Below are positions 9,645 through 18,485 of a stretch of 64,000 nucleotides of DNA, piece by piece (position 1 is the stretch's first letter; each line of letters begins with the position of its first letter). Location: NCBI GenBank assembly GCA_035291225.1, contig DATDSO010000004.1:331130-395129 (forward strand). The letters are read 5' to 3'. This DNA is from an archaeon (GTDB lineage Archaea > Aenigmatarchaeota > Aenigmatarchaeia > Aenigmatarchaeales > JACQIB01). Below the pieces are notes generated by a model, which saw only the letters and a program-made list of their open reading frames with translations, made no database searches and was not told the origin of the DNA. The translations under genes and the position numbers were made by a program.

Positions 9645-9751
9645 AGAAATCTATAAATTTCCACAACGCTGAAAAATTCTTTGTTCCAGAAGAGGCTGGC
9701 GGATTTTGTGAGACCGAAGAGCTTAAATGCTTCTAGTTCGTAAGCAGTTCT

Positions 9752-10249
9752 ATGAAAGGCAGGCGATTAGTTGCTGGTCAGCTTTTGATTTATATTCTAA
9801 ATTTTCCACAGCTTCCAGTTAGAGAAGATGTTGTGCTAGAAAGTCTGAGGTGTACTAGAGCGAGCGGTTTGGAACCTCGGGCTGTTCTCACATACTATGA
9901 TGAAAACAATTTCAGAGCGAGGTACGCAATTCCATCAGAAGATTTTATTGTAAAGAAAATAGGAATAGCTCCAAGAGGATATCCATTTGCCAGAGTTGCA
10001 AATGCCGTAGAAGATTTAGATGAAGAAGCCAAAGCGCTTGTAACACCATCCACATCAGAAATCAGACTGGCAGAAGTTGGAGATAATACTGAGAAATTAC
10101 AAAGAACACTATATCGTTTAAGCGAATTTGCCGACAGATTTAATGTTGGAATACTCGTTCCATATGTTTCGGGTACCTATGATCAGCAATTTGAAAGAAC
10201 GCTCTCGGCAACATTCGACACAGCGGTTCTGCTCGAATCTGTTCCTTAA
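9752..10249 (+). CDS. Hypothetical protein (165 aa)
   Basis: Intact ORF in intergenic-sized gap; no recognisable motif. Confidence 0.4.
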   Translation: MKGRRLVAGQLLIYILNFPQLPVREDVVLESLRCTRASGLEPRAVLTYYDENNFRARYAIPSEDFIVKKIGIAPRGYPFARVANAVEDLDEEAKALVTPSTSEIRLAEVGDNTEKLQRTLYRLSEFADRFNVGILVPYVSGTYDQQFERTLSATFDTAVLLESVP

Positions 10250-10281
10250 AGCATTTTAAATCTGGGTTTGATATTAATTCT

Positions 10282-11712
10282 ATGCAAAGCAAATCTGCAA
10301 AACTTTCAGAAAAACAAACTGCCCGCGGAATGAAATACATAATGGCAGATGGTGCAAGCAATGCTGCGAAAGATTCTGTATTGACAAGCTATCTTACTCC
10401 ACTCGCGCTTGCGCTTGGAGCAAGCAATCAGCAAATCGGTTTTCTCAATAGCTTCCCTTACTTGTTCGGAAATTTAATCCAGCCTGTTGCCGGAAAATAT
10501 ATTGAAACCCGCGGCGGCAAAAAAAGCACAACTTTAGTAATGCAGTTTTTCGCGCCAATTTTAATTTTGCTGATGGCTTTTCTCCCAATTTCAGCAGTCG
10601 CTGATAAAGTTTTTTATCTTATAATCTTTACAACTTTCTATCAAATAATTTACGGCTTTCAGTCAACAGCATGGATATCTTGGATTGCAGATATTGTTCC
10701 TGAAAAAACGCGCGGGGAATTTTTTGGGAAGAGAAACACAATTGCGGGATTTGTTTCCCTCGGAGTCAGCTTTGTGGCCGGATGGCTTCTGAGTGCTACT
10801 AGAGGAAATTTTGGCTTCACAATAATTTTTGGCTTCGCTGCGCTTGCCGGAGTTGTTTCATATTTTCTTCTGAGGCAGGTTCCAAAAAGCCCTCAGGGCC
10901 CGCAAGGCAGTTTCAATTTGAGGGTAAAAGAGTTTTTCAGAGATTTTCGCTCGCATAAAAATTTCTCAAATTTCACTTACTACATTTTCTTTCTGAATTT
11001 TGGAGTTTTCATAGCTTCCCCATTTTTTGTCGTTTATATGCTGAAAGATTTGGGAATTGGATATTTTGGCTACGCAGTTTTAATTGCTGCTGAGGCGGTA
11101 GTCGCAATTTTTTCCCAGAAATATTGGGGAAAGCTGATGGACAGGTTTGGAGACAGGACAATTTTAGGAGTCTGCGGAATTTTGATTTCACTTGTTCCAA
11201 TTGCCTTTATTTTCACCGGGAATTTCTTTACACTGCTTTTCGCGCAGGCGCTCGCAGGTTTTGCGTGGGCTGGGTTTGATTTAGCAAGATTCAATTTTTT
11301 GATTGATGCAACGCCGCCGCAAAAAAGGCCGAGCTTTATTGCGAACCACAAACTTTTGGGAGGGTTTGCAATTTTTGCCGGCGGTCTTGTTGGCGGATTT
11401 TTGGCCGGAGCTTTTTCTGGGGTGGAATTTTTCTTTTTAGAAGGATTGAAAATTCTTTTCGCGCTCGCTTTTGTTTTCAGAATCCTTCCGCTGATAATTT
11501 TCCTCCCTCGCCTCCGTGAGCAGCGCGTGCCGGCTTCTCAGGCGGCTCCCGTAAAAAATATTTTCTGGCGCGCTATTGCGGTCTATCCCACACAGGGCAT
11601 TTTGCATGAGCTCATGTATATCGGGCATCTGGAGCGCGATTTTATCAAAAAGGGAAGAAAAATTTACAGGAATTTCACGGACAGATTTGGCAGGAAAAAT
11701 AAGCTTTATTAA
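10282..11712 (+). CDS. MFS-type membrane transporter
   Basis: 476 aa with about 12 hydrophobic segments in the two-half MFS layout. Confidence 0.75.
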   Translation: MQSKSAKLSEKQTARGMKYIMADGASNAAKDSVLTSYLTPLALALGASNQQIGFLNSFPYLFGNLIQPVAGKYIETRGGKKSTTLVMQFFAPILILLMAFLPISAVADKVFYLIIFTTFYQIIYGFQSTAWISWIADIVPEKTRGEFFGKRNTIAGFVSLGVSFVAGWLLSATRGNFGFTIIFGFAALAGVVSYFLLRQVPKSPQGPQGSFNLRVKEFFRDFRSHKNFSNFTYYIFFLNFGVFIASPFFVVYMLKDLGIGYFGYAVLIAAEAVVAIFSQKYWGKLMDRFGDRTILGVCGILISLVPIAFIFTGNFFTLLFAQALAGFAWAGFDLARFNFLIDATPPQKRPSFIANHKLLGGFAIFAGGLVGGFLAGAFSGVEFFFLEGLKILFALAFVFRILPLIIFLPRLREQRVPASQAAPVKNIFWRAIAVYPTQGILHELMYIGHLERDFIKKGRKIYRNFTDRFGRKNKLY

Positions 11713-11733
11713 TCTCATATCCCAAGAGAAAAC

Positions 11734-12180
11734 ATGCAAAAAATAGCAATAGCTTTGGCGGCGATGGTTTTGATTGCAGGATGCGTCGGTAGCAGCAAAA
11801 CAACAACTACAACCGAACCTCCGGCAACATCTCCGCCCACGACATCTCCACCTACTACTACAACAGGCCCGGTAAAGACATTTGATATGCTGATAACGCA
11901 CACATCTTACGGCACGCCTGTAATCAATGTGAAGAAAGGCGATCATGTTGTTATCCGCGCGAGGGCAATCGATGGAACAGCCACGCACAAACATGGCATA
12001 ACAGTTGATGAGCTTGGTGTAAATCAGGCTGTTACAACTGAGGATAGGGACAATCCGCAGCTGGTAGAATTTGACGCAACAAAGGTTGGCGAATTCAAGA
12101 TGTATTGTGGGACATGCAAAGACGGAATCTATGGAGCAAACCACCCGAAGCTTAACGGACAAGTTGTTGTAACCGAGTAA
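11734..12180 (+). CDS. Lipoprotein with Thr/Pro-rich linker and cupredoxin-like domain
   Basis: Signal peptide plus lipobox-like AGC, TTTTTEPPATSPPTTSPPTTTT linker, then GDHVVIRARAIDGTATHKHG...GEFKMYCGTCKDGIYGANHPKLNGQVVV resembling cupredoxin folds. Confidence 0.55.
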   Translation: MQKIAIALAAMVLIAGCVGSSKTTTTTEPPATSPPTTSPPTTTTGPVKTFDMLITHTSYGTPVINVKKGDHVVIRARAIDGTATHKHGITVDELGVNQAVTTEDRDNPQLVEFDATKVGEFKMYCGTCKDGIYGANHPKLNGQVVVTE

Positions 12181-12205
12181 ATCAGTTTTTTATTTTCTTT
12201 TTATT

Positions 12206-12958
12206 TTGGCGAATCTAGTAGTAACTATGGAAATCTTTCAAAAATTAAAAACAGACATTTACTGGCTGATGATTTTTTCACTTGCAGTTTCCACAGCCGC
12301 AGCTATTTTCATTCTGAACAAGCCAGAAAATCTGGTAAATGTTCTTGCTGCGATTTTTACTGCCGCGGTTTTGGATTTGGGGATTAAAAAATATTGGAAA
12401 AAAGAAAATATGAAATTTCCAAAATCTGCAGTAATATCCGGATTTTTTGTTTCAACTGTTTTGGAGCAGGGCACTCCACTTTTAACAATAATCGTAGCCG
12501 CAGCAATTGCAATTTTATCCAAACACATTTTGCGCCTACAAGGAAAGCATATTTTCAATCCGGCAAATTTTGGAATGCTCGCTGCGATGCTGTTTCTATC
12601 AGCAACGCATGGCTGGTGGGCTTCTATCAGCCCGATTGCAATTTTGCTCGGGTTGATTGTAGTTTGGAGATTTGAAAGGTTTCATCAGGTTATTCCGTTT
12701 TTGATAACTTACTATTTGGCGAATTTCGCTTTCAACCAAACTTTACCAACGCCTGATTTCACTTTGCTTTTCTTTTCATTTTTCATGTTCATTGAGCCGA
12801 AAACTTCTCCCTCCAATAGAAACGCGAGAATTGCTTACGGCGCGCTTGCCGGAATAATCGTTTTCGCAGCAACAGTTTTCTTCCCCACTTATTCAATTTT
12901 CGCCGGGCTTGCGATTGCAAATATTTTTGGGTTTTTAATAAACAGATTTGTGAAGTGA
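12206..12958 (+). CDS. RnfD/NqrB-family-like polytopic membrane protein (truncated, 250 aa)
   Basis: LQGKHIFNPANFGMLAAMLF matches the GRNFLNPALAGRAF block of NqrB/RnfD; downstream SAT could correspond to the FMN-attachment Thr; multiple TM helices. Confidence 0.5.
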   Translation: MANLVVTMEIFQKLKTDIYWLMIFSLAVSTAAAIFILNKPENLVNVLAAIFTAAVLDLGIKKYWKKENMKFPKSAVISGFFVSTVLEQGTPLLTIIVAAAIAILSKHILRLQGKHIFNPANFGMLAAMLFLSATHGWWASISPIAILLGLIVVWRFERFHQVIPFLITYYLANFAFNQTLPTPDFTLLFFSFFMFIEPKTSPSNRNARIAYGALAGIIVFAATVFFPTYSIFAGLAIANIFGFLINRFVK

Positions 12959-12962
12959 GAAT

Positions 12963-13253
12963 ATGGCAAAACTTGTGAGAGATAAAGTTCCGGAAATAAT
13001 GAAGCTGGAAGGAAAAAATCCTGCAACTCACATTGCAGATGATGAAGAATACTGGAAGCGGCTGAAAGAAAAATTAAGGCTGGAGGCCGCAGAATTCACC
13101 GCGAACGAAAAAATCGAAGAACTTGCTAGCGTTCTTGAAGTTATCCGCGCGATTTGCGATTTCAGAAAAATTGATTTGAAAGATATTGAAGCTTTGCTGG
13201 AAAAGAAAGCAAAAGAGCGCGGGGGATTTGTAAAGAGGATCATTATCGAGTAA
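12963..13253 (+). CDS. MazG-like nucleoside triphosphate pyrophosphohydrolase (small all-alpha NTP-PPase)
   Basis: KLVRDKVPEIM...EELASVLEVIRAICDF...KKAKERGGFVKRIIIE typical of short MazG/HisE-like NTP pyrophosphatases. Confidence 0.7.
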   Translation: MAKLVRDKVPEIMKLEGKNPATHIADDEEYWKRLKEKLRLEAAEFTANEKIEELASVLEVIRAICDFRKIDLKDIEALLEKKAKERGGFVKRIIIE

Positions 13254-13327
13254 AGTCAACATAATTAACTATTTATAAGTAACAAAGCTTTAAATATAGG
13301 TTCGTACCATATATTTAGTAGATTTTC

Positions 13328-15118
13328 ATGCCACAAAGACGCCATACCGTAATGAAAACTCCATTTACAACAGAATACCGTGGAACATGGGGATACCGCA
13401 GAATGGTTCTTGATTCTGTTTCCAACCACCTTCCTGCGGACAGTCTTGGGACAGAAACTAAAGTTTTGTTGAGACAGGACGGTCATTACGTTGATTTAAA
13501 GTCAGCAGATCCAGCAAAGCCAACAGAAGAAGTTGTTTTCAGGGACAATGGCCCCGGCTATCCCAGAGAGTTTTTGGTTTGGATGCACTCTACAAAAACA
13601 GATGACCCAAAAACTGTTGGCCAGTTTGGGGAAGGTTTGAAGCTTGCGGCACTTGCTGCTTTGAGATCTGAAGTATCTCTTGAATATAGGTCTAGAGATT
13701 CTGAAGGAAACTGGACAGCTGTCCCATTCAAAGAGCCAGCATCTGCTGGTAGCAGAAAAGTTGAATTGCTTTGTTATGAAATAAAAGATGATGAGGGTTT
13801 TACAGGTTCTCAAACTGTTTTTAAAAATCCCAATCCCGAACTGCTCAAGGAAGTTTTCGGGATTCCAGAAAATGTTTTATTCTTCAATAATATTTATAGA
13901 GAGCTCTACAGCGAAAAGGATAATTTGCCATATAGCAAAGAGAAGGTAGTTATAGAGGGCGGGCCGAGGCCAAAGAGGTATTTATCCAGAATAATTGACA
14001 CCGGAAAGGGTTCCAGCCTCTTTGTGAAAGGAATAAAGCTAAGGGATGTGATTCCTTCAATTTTCAGCTATGATCTCGGCACGCAAGATATTGCGCCGGA
14101 CAGAAATCTGGCTGATATGGAAATCGTTGTGGATGAAATAGAACATATATTGAAGGGCTGCTCCAATCCGGAAATTGTAAAGAAAGTTTTAATGACTGCT
14201 AACGAAAGACCTAATGAAAGCCTTCTCGAATTCTCTGCTTTCAGCAACATAAGGAAAGTGGACGAAGAAATTAGGCGTCGGAAATATGGTTTTACTGAAC
14301 AAGAGCAAGATGCAATCGGAGGAAATAAAAAGGCGAAAAAAATCCCAAAAAATCTGTGGGCCAAAACCTTCAGAGATATTTGGGGAGAGAAAGCTGTTAT
14401 AGCTTCAGGAAATGTAAACAAAAATAAAGAAGCCGAATTAATGGGCTACAATCCTGTTTTGTTAGACGGGTATATAGGAAGATATCTTGCTGATAAAGGT
14501 ATAATGACAGCAGATGGGCTAGTCAAAGGAACTGGTTATAAGTGGATTGATGAAAGCGAGCTAACAGGTGAAGAGAAAGAAATGATTTCCAGAGCTGAAG
14601 AGATAAACAGAACTCTATCACATAATCGAATACTTACTTTTGATTTTCCAATTAGAGTTTATTCTCACGCGCTTTTGCCTGATGGCGAAGAAGCTCAGGA
14701 AACAGAGGGTGTTTTCGATAAGCAAGGTCGATTTATCGGAATACGGCGCGACCAGCTTGTTAACTTTAGAACATTTGCAGAAGTCTATGTACATGAGTTA
14801 GGCCATGGTGTTACAAATAAAGGTGATTACGATAGAGAATTTACAGATTATTTTGTGAAAGCAGCTGCCGCACTTATTTCAAGCTCACTTTCTAGAGAGA
14901 CTCCCGAACCAGAAACAACCGAAGTGATAGAAGTAGTTGAAGAGGTCACTCTGGTTGAGCCGGAAATTGTTGAACATGTTGAAGCCGCAATGCCAGAACC
15001 ACTTATAATGGCTAAGAGAAGAGCTGAAGGGCAAGTTCCAGTTGAAGTTCCTCTAACGCCAGAGCATGAAAACGGAATTGATAAAACAATAAAAGAAATA
15101 TTTGAAAGATACCTATAA
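13328..15118 (+). CDS. GHKL (Bergerat-fold) ATPase fused to a C-terminal HExxH zincin-like domain; function unknown
   Basis: N-box-like DSVSNHLPAD, G1 box DNGPGY, G2 box GQFGEGLK in the N-terminal 120 aa; VYVHELGHGV (HExxH) near residue 495; acidic C-terminal tail. Confidence 0.6.
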   Translation: MPQRRHTVMKTPFTTEYRGTWGYRRMVLDSVSNHLPADSLGTETKVLLRQDGHYVDLKSADPAKPTEEVVFRDNGPGYPREFLVWMHSTKTDDPKTVGQFGEGLKLAALAALRSEVSLEYRSRDSEGNWTAVPFKEPASAGSRKVELLCYEIKDDEGFTGSQTVFKNPNPELLKEVFGIPENVLFFNNIYRELYSEKDNLPYSKEKVVIEGGPRPKRYLSRIIDTGKGSSLFVKGIKLRDVIPSIFSYDLGTQDIAPDRNLADMEIVVDEIEHILKGCSNPEIVKKVLMTANERPNESLLEFSAFSNIRKVDEEIRRRKYGFTEQEQDAIGGNKKAKKIPKNLWAKTFRDIWGEKAVIASGNVNKNKEAELMGYNPVLLDGYIGRYLADKGIMTADGLVKGTGYKWIDESELTGEEKEMISRAEEINRTLSHNRILTFDFPIRVYSHALLPDGEEAQETEGVFDKQGRFIGIRRDQLVNFRTFAEVYVHELGHGVTNKGDYDREFTDYFVKAAAALISSSLSRETPEPETTEVIEVVEEVTLVEPEIVEHVEAAMPEPLIMAKRRAEGQVPVEVPLTPEHENGIDKTIKEIFERYL

Positions 15119-15135
15119 ATAAATTTGTGAAATGA

Positions 15136-15573
15136 TTATTTTATTTTTCTTATCAAAATAACTGCACTCTCCAGAATTTTTTCCATGTTTGCATAGCCAG
15201 AAGTTTTCAAAACATCTTCTACAGGAAACCACTCCACGCCCTTTATCTCCCATTGCGGCACAAGCTTTTCATCTGCGGTTTCCATCAGGAAAAAAATCAC
15301 GCGCTTGTGCACGCGCTCGCCTTTTTTCAATCCATAATCGCGGTTGTGCGTTGCCGCGTAGAAATATTCTGTCTCGCCCAGCCGCGCTAGAATTTTTAAA
15401 TTTTTTAATCCGGTTTCTTCCTGAACTTCCCGCACAGCGGCCTGCTCTTCTGTTTCTCCTTTCTCAATCCAGCCTTTAGGCAAAGCCCATTTATCCGCGA
15501 AATCTTTTATCAGAAGGATTTTTTTTAATGTAGGATTATAGACAACGCCGCCTGCAGAAACTTCATTTCTCAT
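15136..15573 (-). CDS. NUDIX hydrolase
   Basis: Nudix box GWIEKGETEEQAAVREVQEETG. Confidence 0.85.
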   Translation of the reverse strand: MRNEVSAGGVVYNPTLKKILLIKDFADKWALPKGWIEKGETEEQAAVREVQEETGLKNLKILARLGETEYFYAATHNRDYGLKKGERVHKRVIFFLMETADEKLVPQWEIKGVEWFPVEDVLKTSGYANMEKILESAVILIRKIK

Positions 15574-15605
15574 GGGGGAAATTCTTTTTTGAATTTAAAA
15601 AGAAT

Positions 15606-16634
15606 TCACTTTTTTCTTCTTACAAGCCTGCCGCCATCAGTTTTTGGCTGAGGGGCTTGCGCCGGAACAGAAACTTTTGGCCTTTTCATGATAAAGAAAG
15701 CAGTAGCACCCAAAACAACAAGAACAGCCGCGCCACCTATCAGTGTTGTTGGAGAGCTAAGCAAATCTCCGATAGAGGAAGTTGTTGCTGTTGTATCTTT
15801 TATCGCGTCATTCGCCTGAAGAGCAAGATTTTTCGCAGCAGCATAATCTTGGGAGTTGTAGGATTTTACAGCTTCCACATAGAGCTTGAGCGCACTGCTG
15901 ACATCTTTTTTTCCGGAATTTTCATTTATTGTATTGTTAACATTTTCTATTGCTGCGAGCGCCTCCTCGGGCGTTATAGTGGTTGAAGTTGCCGTGGTTT
16001 CTTGGGAAGAAGCAGCTGTGGTTGTGGTACCCTGTTGATTAATAATTATTTCAGAGGCAGAAGTTGATCCAGTTGAGCCAGCGGAAGTTGCCGCAGTTGG
16101 TGAAGTTGTTGTGGTAGCTGCAGCAGATGTGGACGTGGTGTTGGGGGCTGTAGTTGTCGTTGGAGCGGCTGTAGTAGTTGGGGCTGCAGTTGTCGTTGGC
16201 GGTGTAGTTGTAGTAGTTGGCGGAGTTGTGGTGGTAGTGGTAGGCGGAGTAAACGAGCCAGTCGCACTACCGCCAAAGCACATCACAACTTGAGCTACAT
16301 CCTCGACATTACCACTCCACGAAAATGTTTTTCCTTCATTTCCAGCAGTAGGCGTGTAAACATAGCTCAGAACAGTATCTAAATTTTGTGTGTATGCTTT
16401 CGGAAATCTATGAATATCATTCGTTATTGCCGGAGTGCAAGAAGCGCAGTTTATATTGAAATTATAGAAACTAGGAGTTTGGTCAGCTCCATTCCAATTT
16501 GCTGTAAATTCGAGCCTATAGTCGCCATTTTCTAACAAGGTTGTTGTAGGAAGTGTACAGGTTGTCATCGCAAAAGCTCCCTGAGCTAAGAAAATGAAAA
16601 TTAAAACTCCTATAAGTCCGAATTTCTTATTCAT
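15606..16634 (-). CDS. Cell-surface protein: signal peptide, Cys-containing globular domain, Thr/Pro-rich linker, C-terminal TM anchor
   Basis: N-terminal signal peptide, long TPPTTTTT/APTTT repeats (likely O-glycosylation linker), C-terminal hydrophobic helix followed by basic tail RLVRRKK. Confidence 0.7.
   Translation of the reverse strand: MNKKFGLIGVLIFIFLAQGAFAMTTCTLPTTTLLENGDYRLEFTANWNGADQTPSFYNFNINCASCTPAITNDIHRFPKAYTQNLDTVLSYVYTPTAGNEGKTFSWSGNVEDVAQVVMCFGGSATGSFTPPTTTTTTPPTTTTTPPTTTAAPTTTAAPTTTTAPNTTSTSAAATTTTSPTAATSAGSTGSTSASEIIINQQGTTTTAASSQETTATSTTITPEEALAAIENVNNTINENSGKKDVSSALKLYVEAVKSYNSQDYAAAKNLALQANDAIKDTTATTSSIGDLLSSPTTLIGGAAVLVVLGATAFFIMKRPKVSVPAQAPQPKTDGGRLVRRKK
16046..16280 (-). 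repeat. Low-complexity Thr/Pro codon repeat inside the surface-protein gene
   Basis: Reiterated ggtgtagttgt/ggcggagttgt-type units on plus strand encoding poly-Thr/Pro-Thr on minus strand. Confidence 0.6.
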
Positions 16635-16671
16635 TCAATCAAAAAATATCTAATGGCTATATTTAAAAATC

Positions 16672-17874
16672 TTATTTTACAGCACTAATAATCTCAACAA
16701 CATCCCTATTCTTTAATTTCTGCTCGCCAGAAATTTTCATTTTGGTTTTTACATTTACTGCATACAAGAAATTTTTTCCAAAGTCTGTGTGGATTTTGAA
16801 TGCAAAATCCAAAGCAGTAGAGCCTGGAGGCATTAGGAAGCAATCTGGCAGAACTCTCCCTTGGGAATCGGAAAGCTTTCCAACACCGCCGGGAAAAATC
16901 GCAATATATTTCAAGAAATCAAAAACTGCTGCGTCCAGACATTGCTGAACTCCTGTTGAGCTGAACTTTTTTAAAACATTATCGCGGATAAAATTTAACG
17001 CAGAAGTTTGCTGCGAATTTATTTTTTCCTCAACAATAATTTCAAAGTCAGAATTTCCCGGAGTATATTTTATCAATCCAGCTTTCGCAGCTCCCCGCAA
17101 AGCAACTTCAGAATCAGAAGCGCACGCAACAAATTTGTAATCAGGAAATTCCTTTTGCAGGCGCGCAAAATTTTTTTCTGCAGGTTCCAAATCCATTTTG
17201 TTGCAGGCAATAATAATTGGTTTTGTTCTTCTTCTAAGAGCGACAGCAAGAGCTTTCAGCTCTTCCTCTTTCCACGCGGAAGGTTTCTCTTTGTTTACTT
17301 TCAGCTCTGCCAAAACTTCCTCAATCATGGGTAGAGTGACTTTGAAAGCAGTCAATTGCTTTTCAATCTGCTCCTCAACTTTAACTTTTGTCTGCTCAAC
17401 CAAGCGGGAAATTTTTTCCCAATGCCTTTTGATAATGTCTAGATACCACAAGTCTAATTCTTCCTCTAAAAACTTCACATCATTCACAGGATCATAACTT
17501 CCAGCAGGCAGAGCTTCACCTTTCTCATTAGTCGCGCCCGCGCAATCAATTATGTGAATAAAAATATCTGCCTGATTCAAGTCATTCAGAAATTGGTTTC
17601 CCAAACCTTTCCCCTCATGCGCGCCCGGCACCAACCCCGCAACATCAATTAAATCAACAGGAACAAATCTTGTTCCGGAAATACAAAATCCTGAGCGCGG
17701 ATTGCACTGAACTTTGAATTCTTTGTCAACGCAGGCGACGCGCACAAAACCCACGCCGCGATTTGGTTTTATTGTTGTAAATGGGTATGAAGCAATTGCC
17801 ACATCCGCAAGAGTTGCTGCTTTGAAAAAAGTGCTTTTGCCGCACGAGGGCTTGCCCACGATTCCAATTAACAT
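16672..17874 (-). CDS. Obg-family GTPase (YchF/OLA1-like) with C-terminal TGS-like domain
   Basis: G1 GIVGKPSCGKST, G3 DVAGLV, coiled insert, C-terminal beta-grasp region ending RDVVEI. Confidence 0.8.
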   Translation of the reverse strand: MLIGIVGKPSCGKSTFFKAATLADVAIASYPFTTIKPNRGVGFVRVACVDKEFKVQCNPRSGFCISGTRFVPVDLIDVAGLVPGAHEGKGLGNQFLNDLNQADIFIHIIDCAGATNEKGEALPAGSYDPVNDVKFLEEELDLWYLDIIKRHWEKISRLVEQTKVKVEEQIEKQLTAFKVTLPMIEEVLAELKVNKEKPSAWKEEELKALAVALRRRTKPIIIACNKMDLEPAEKNFARLQKEFPDYKFVACASDSEVALRGAAKAGLIKYTPGNSDFEIIVEEKINSQQTSALNFIRDNVLKKFSSTGVQQCLDAAVFDFLKYIAIFPGGVGKLSDSQGRVLPDCFLMPPGSTALDFAFKIHTDFGKNFLYAVNVKTKMKISGEQKLKNRDVVEIISAVK

Positions 17875-17962
17875 GAAAATTTTACGTAAGAGAGAAATAA
17901 AAAGGAATTTTTGGCTTTAACATGCCTTTATAAAAATTAGATTCCAACTCTTTTCGGTAAAT

Positions 17963-18454
17963 ATGCTCGCTCCACTTTGCAACGTCTGCCTGAATTCAGA
18001 TATTTTATGCGGCGGATGCTCCGCAAAATTAACAGAGGGGAAAATTTCCCAGACAGAAGTGGACGCCTCGCGCTTTCTGAAAAGTTTGGAGGAGAAGCAC
18101 ACACAGCTTGCGGACGCGAAACTTTTGAAAGTAATTGACGCAGACCATTTGATTTTTATTGCAGGCCGCGGGGACGCGCCCAAGCTTGTCGGCAGGCAGG
18201 GCTCGGTTGTAAAAGAGCTTGCGAGAAAATTCGGGAAGAACATAAAAATTTTGGAGGAAGGGGACTTGAAAAATTTTGTTTCCAATTTAGTCCAGCCTGC
18301 TGTTGTTTCCGGGATAAACACAATTTATTCTCAGGCAGGCGAAAAAATCCGCGTGCGGGTTTCGCGCAACAGGCCAAATGTTTCCGCTGAAAGTTTTTCG
18401 CAAATTGTTTCTGCTGTTTTCGGAAAGAAGGCTGAGATGGTTGTGGAAGGATAA
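17963..18454 (+). CDS. KH-domain RNA-binding protein with N-terminal Cys4 zinc-ribbon-like motif
   Basis: CNVCLNSDILCGGC followed by KH-type GxxG motif (LVGRQGSVVKELARKFG). Confidence 0.5.
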   Translation: MLAPLCNVCLNSDILCGGCSAKLTEGKISQTEVDASRFLKSLEEKHTQLADAKLLKVIDADHLIFIAGRGDAPKLVGRQGSVVKELARKFGKNIKILEEGDLKNFVSNLVQPAVVSGINTIYSQAGEKIRVRVSRNRPNVSAESFSQIVSAVFGKKAEMVVEG

Positions 18455-18485
18455 AGAATAAAAGCTTTTCTCCTCGATCTTTTGT

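Noticed and set aside
12206-12958. Aquaporin (MIP) interpretation of the NPA-containing membrane protein
   Set aside because: Four TM segments precede the first NPA and the second motif is NAR rather than NPA; the local match to NqrB/RnfD is better.
13328-15118. Topoisomerase VI subunit B as identity of the GHKL protein
   Set aside because: No adjacent Top6A/Spo11-like gene, and the C-terminal HExxH module does not fit TopoVI-B.
16111-16293. Plus-strand poly-Val/Gly ORF (60 aa)
   Set aside because: Antisense translation of the Thr/Pro codon repeat in the surface-protein gene.
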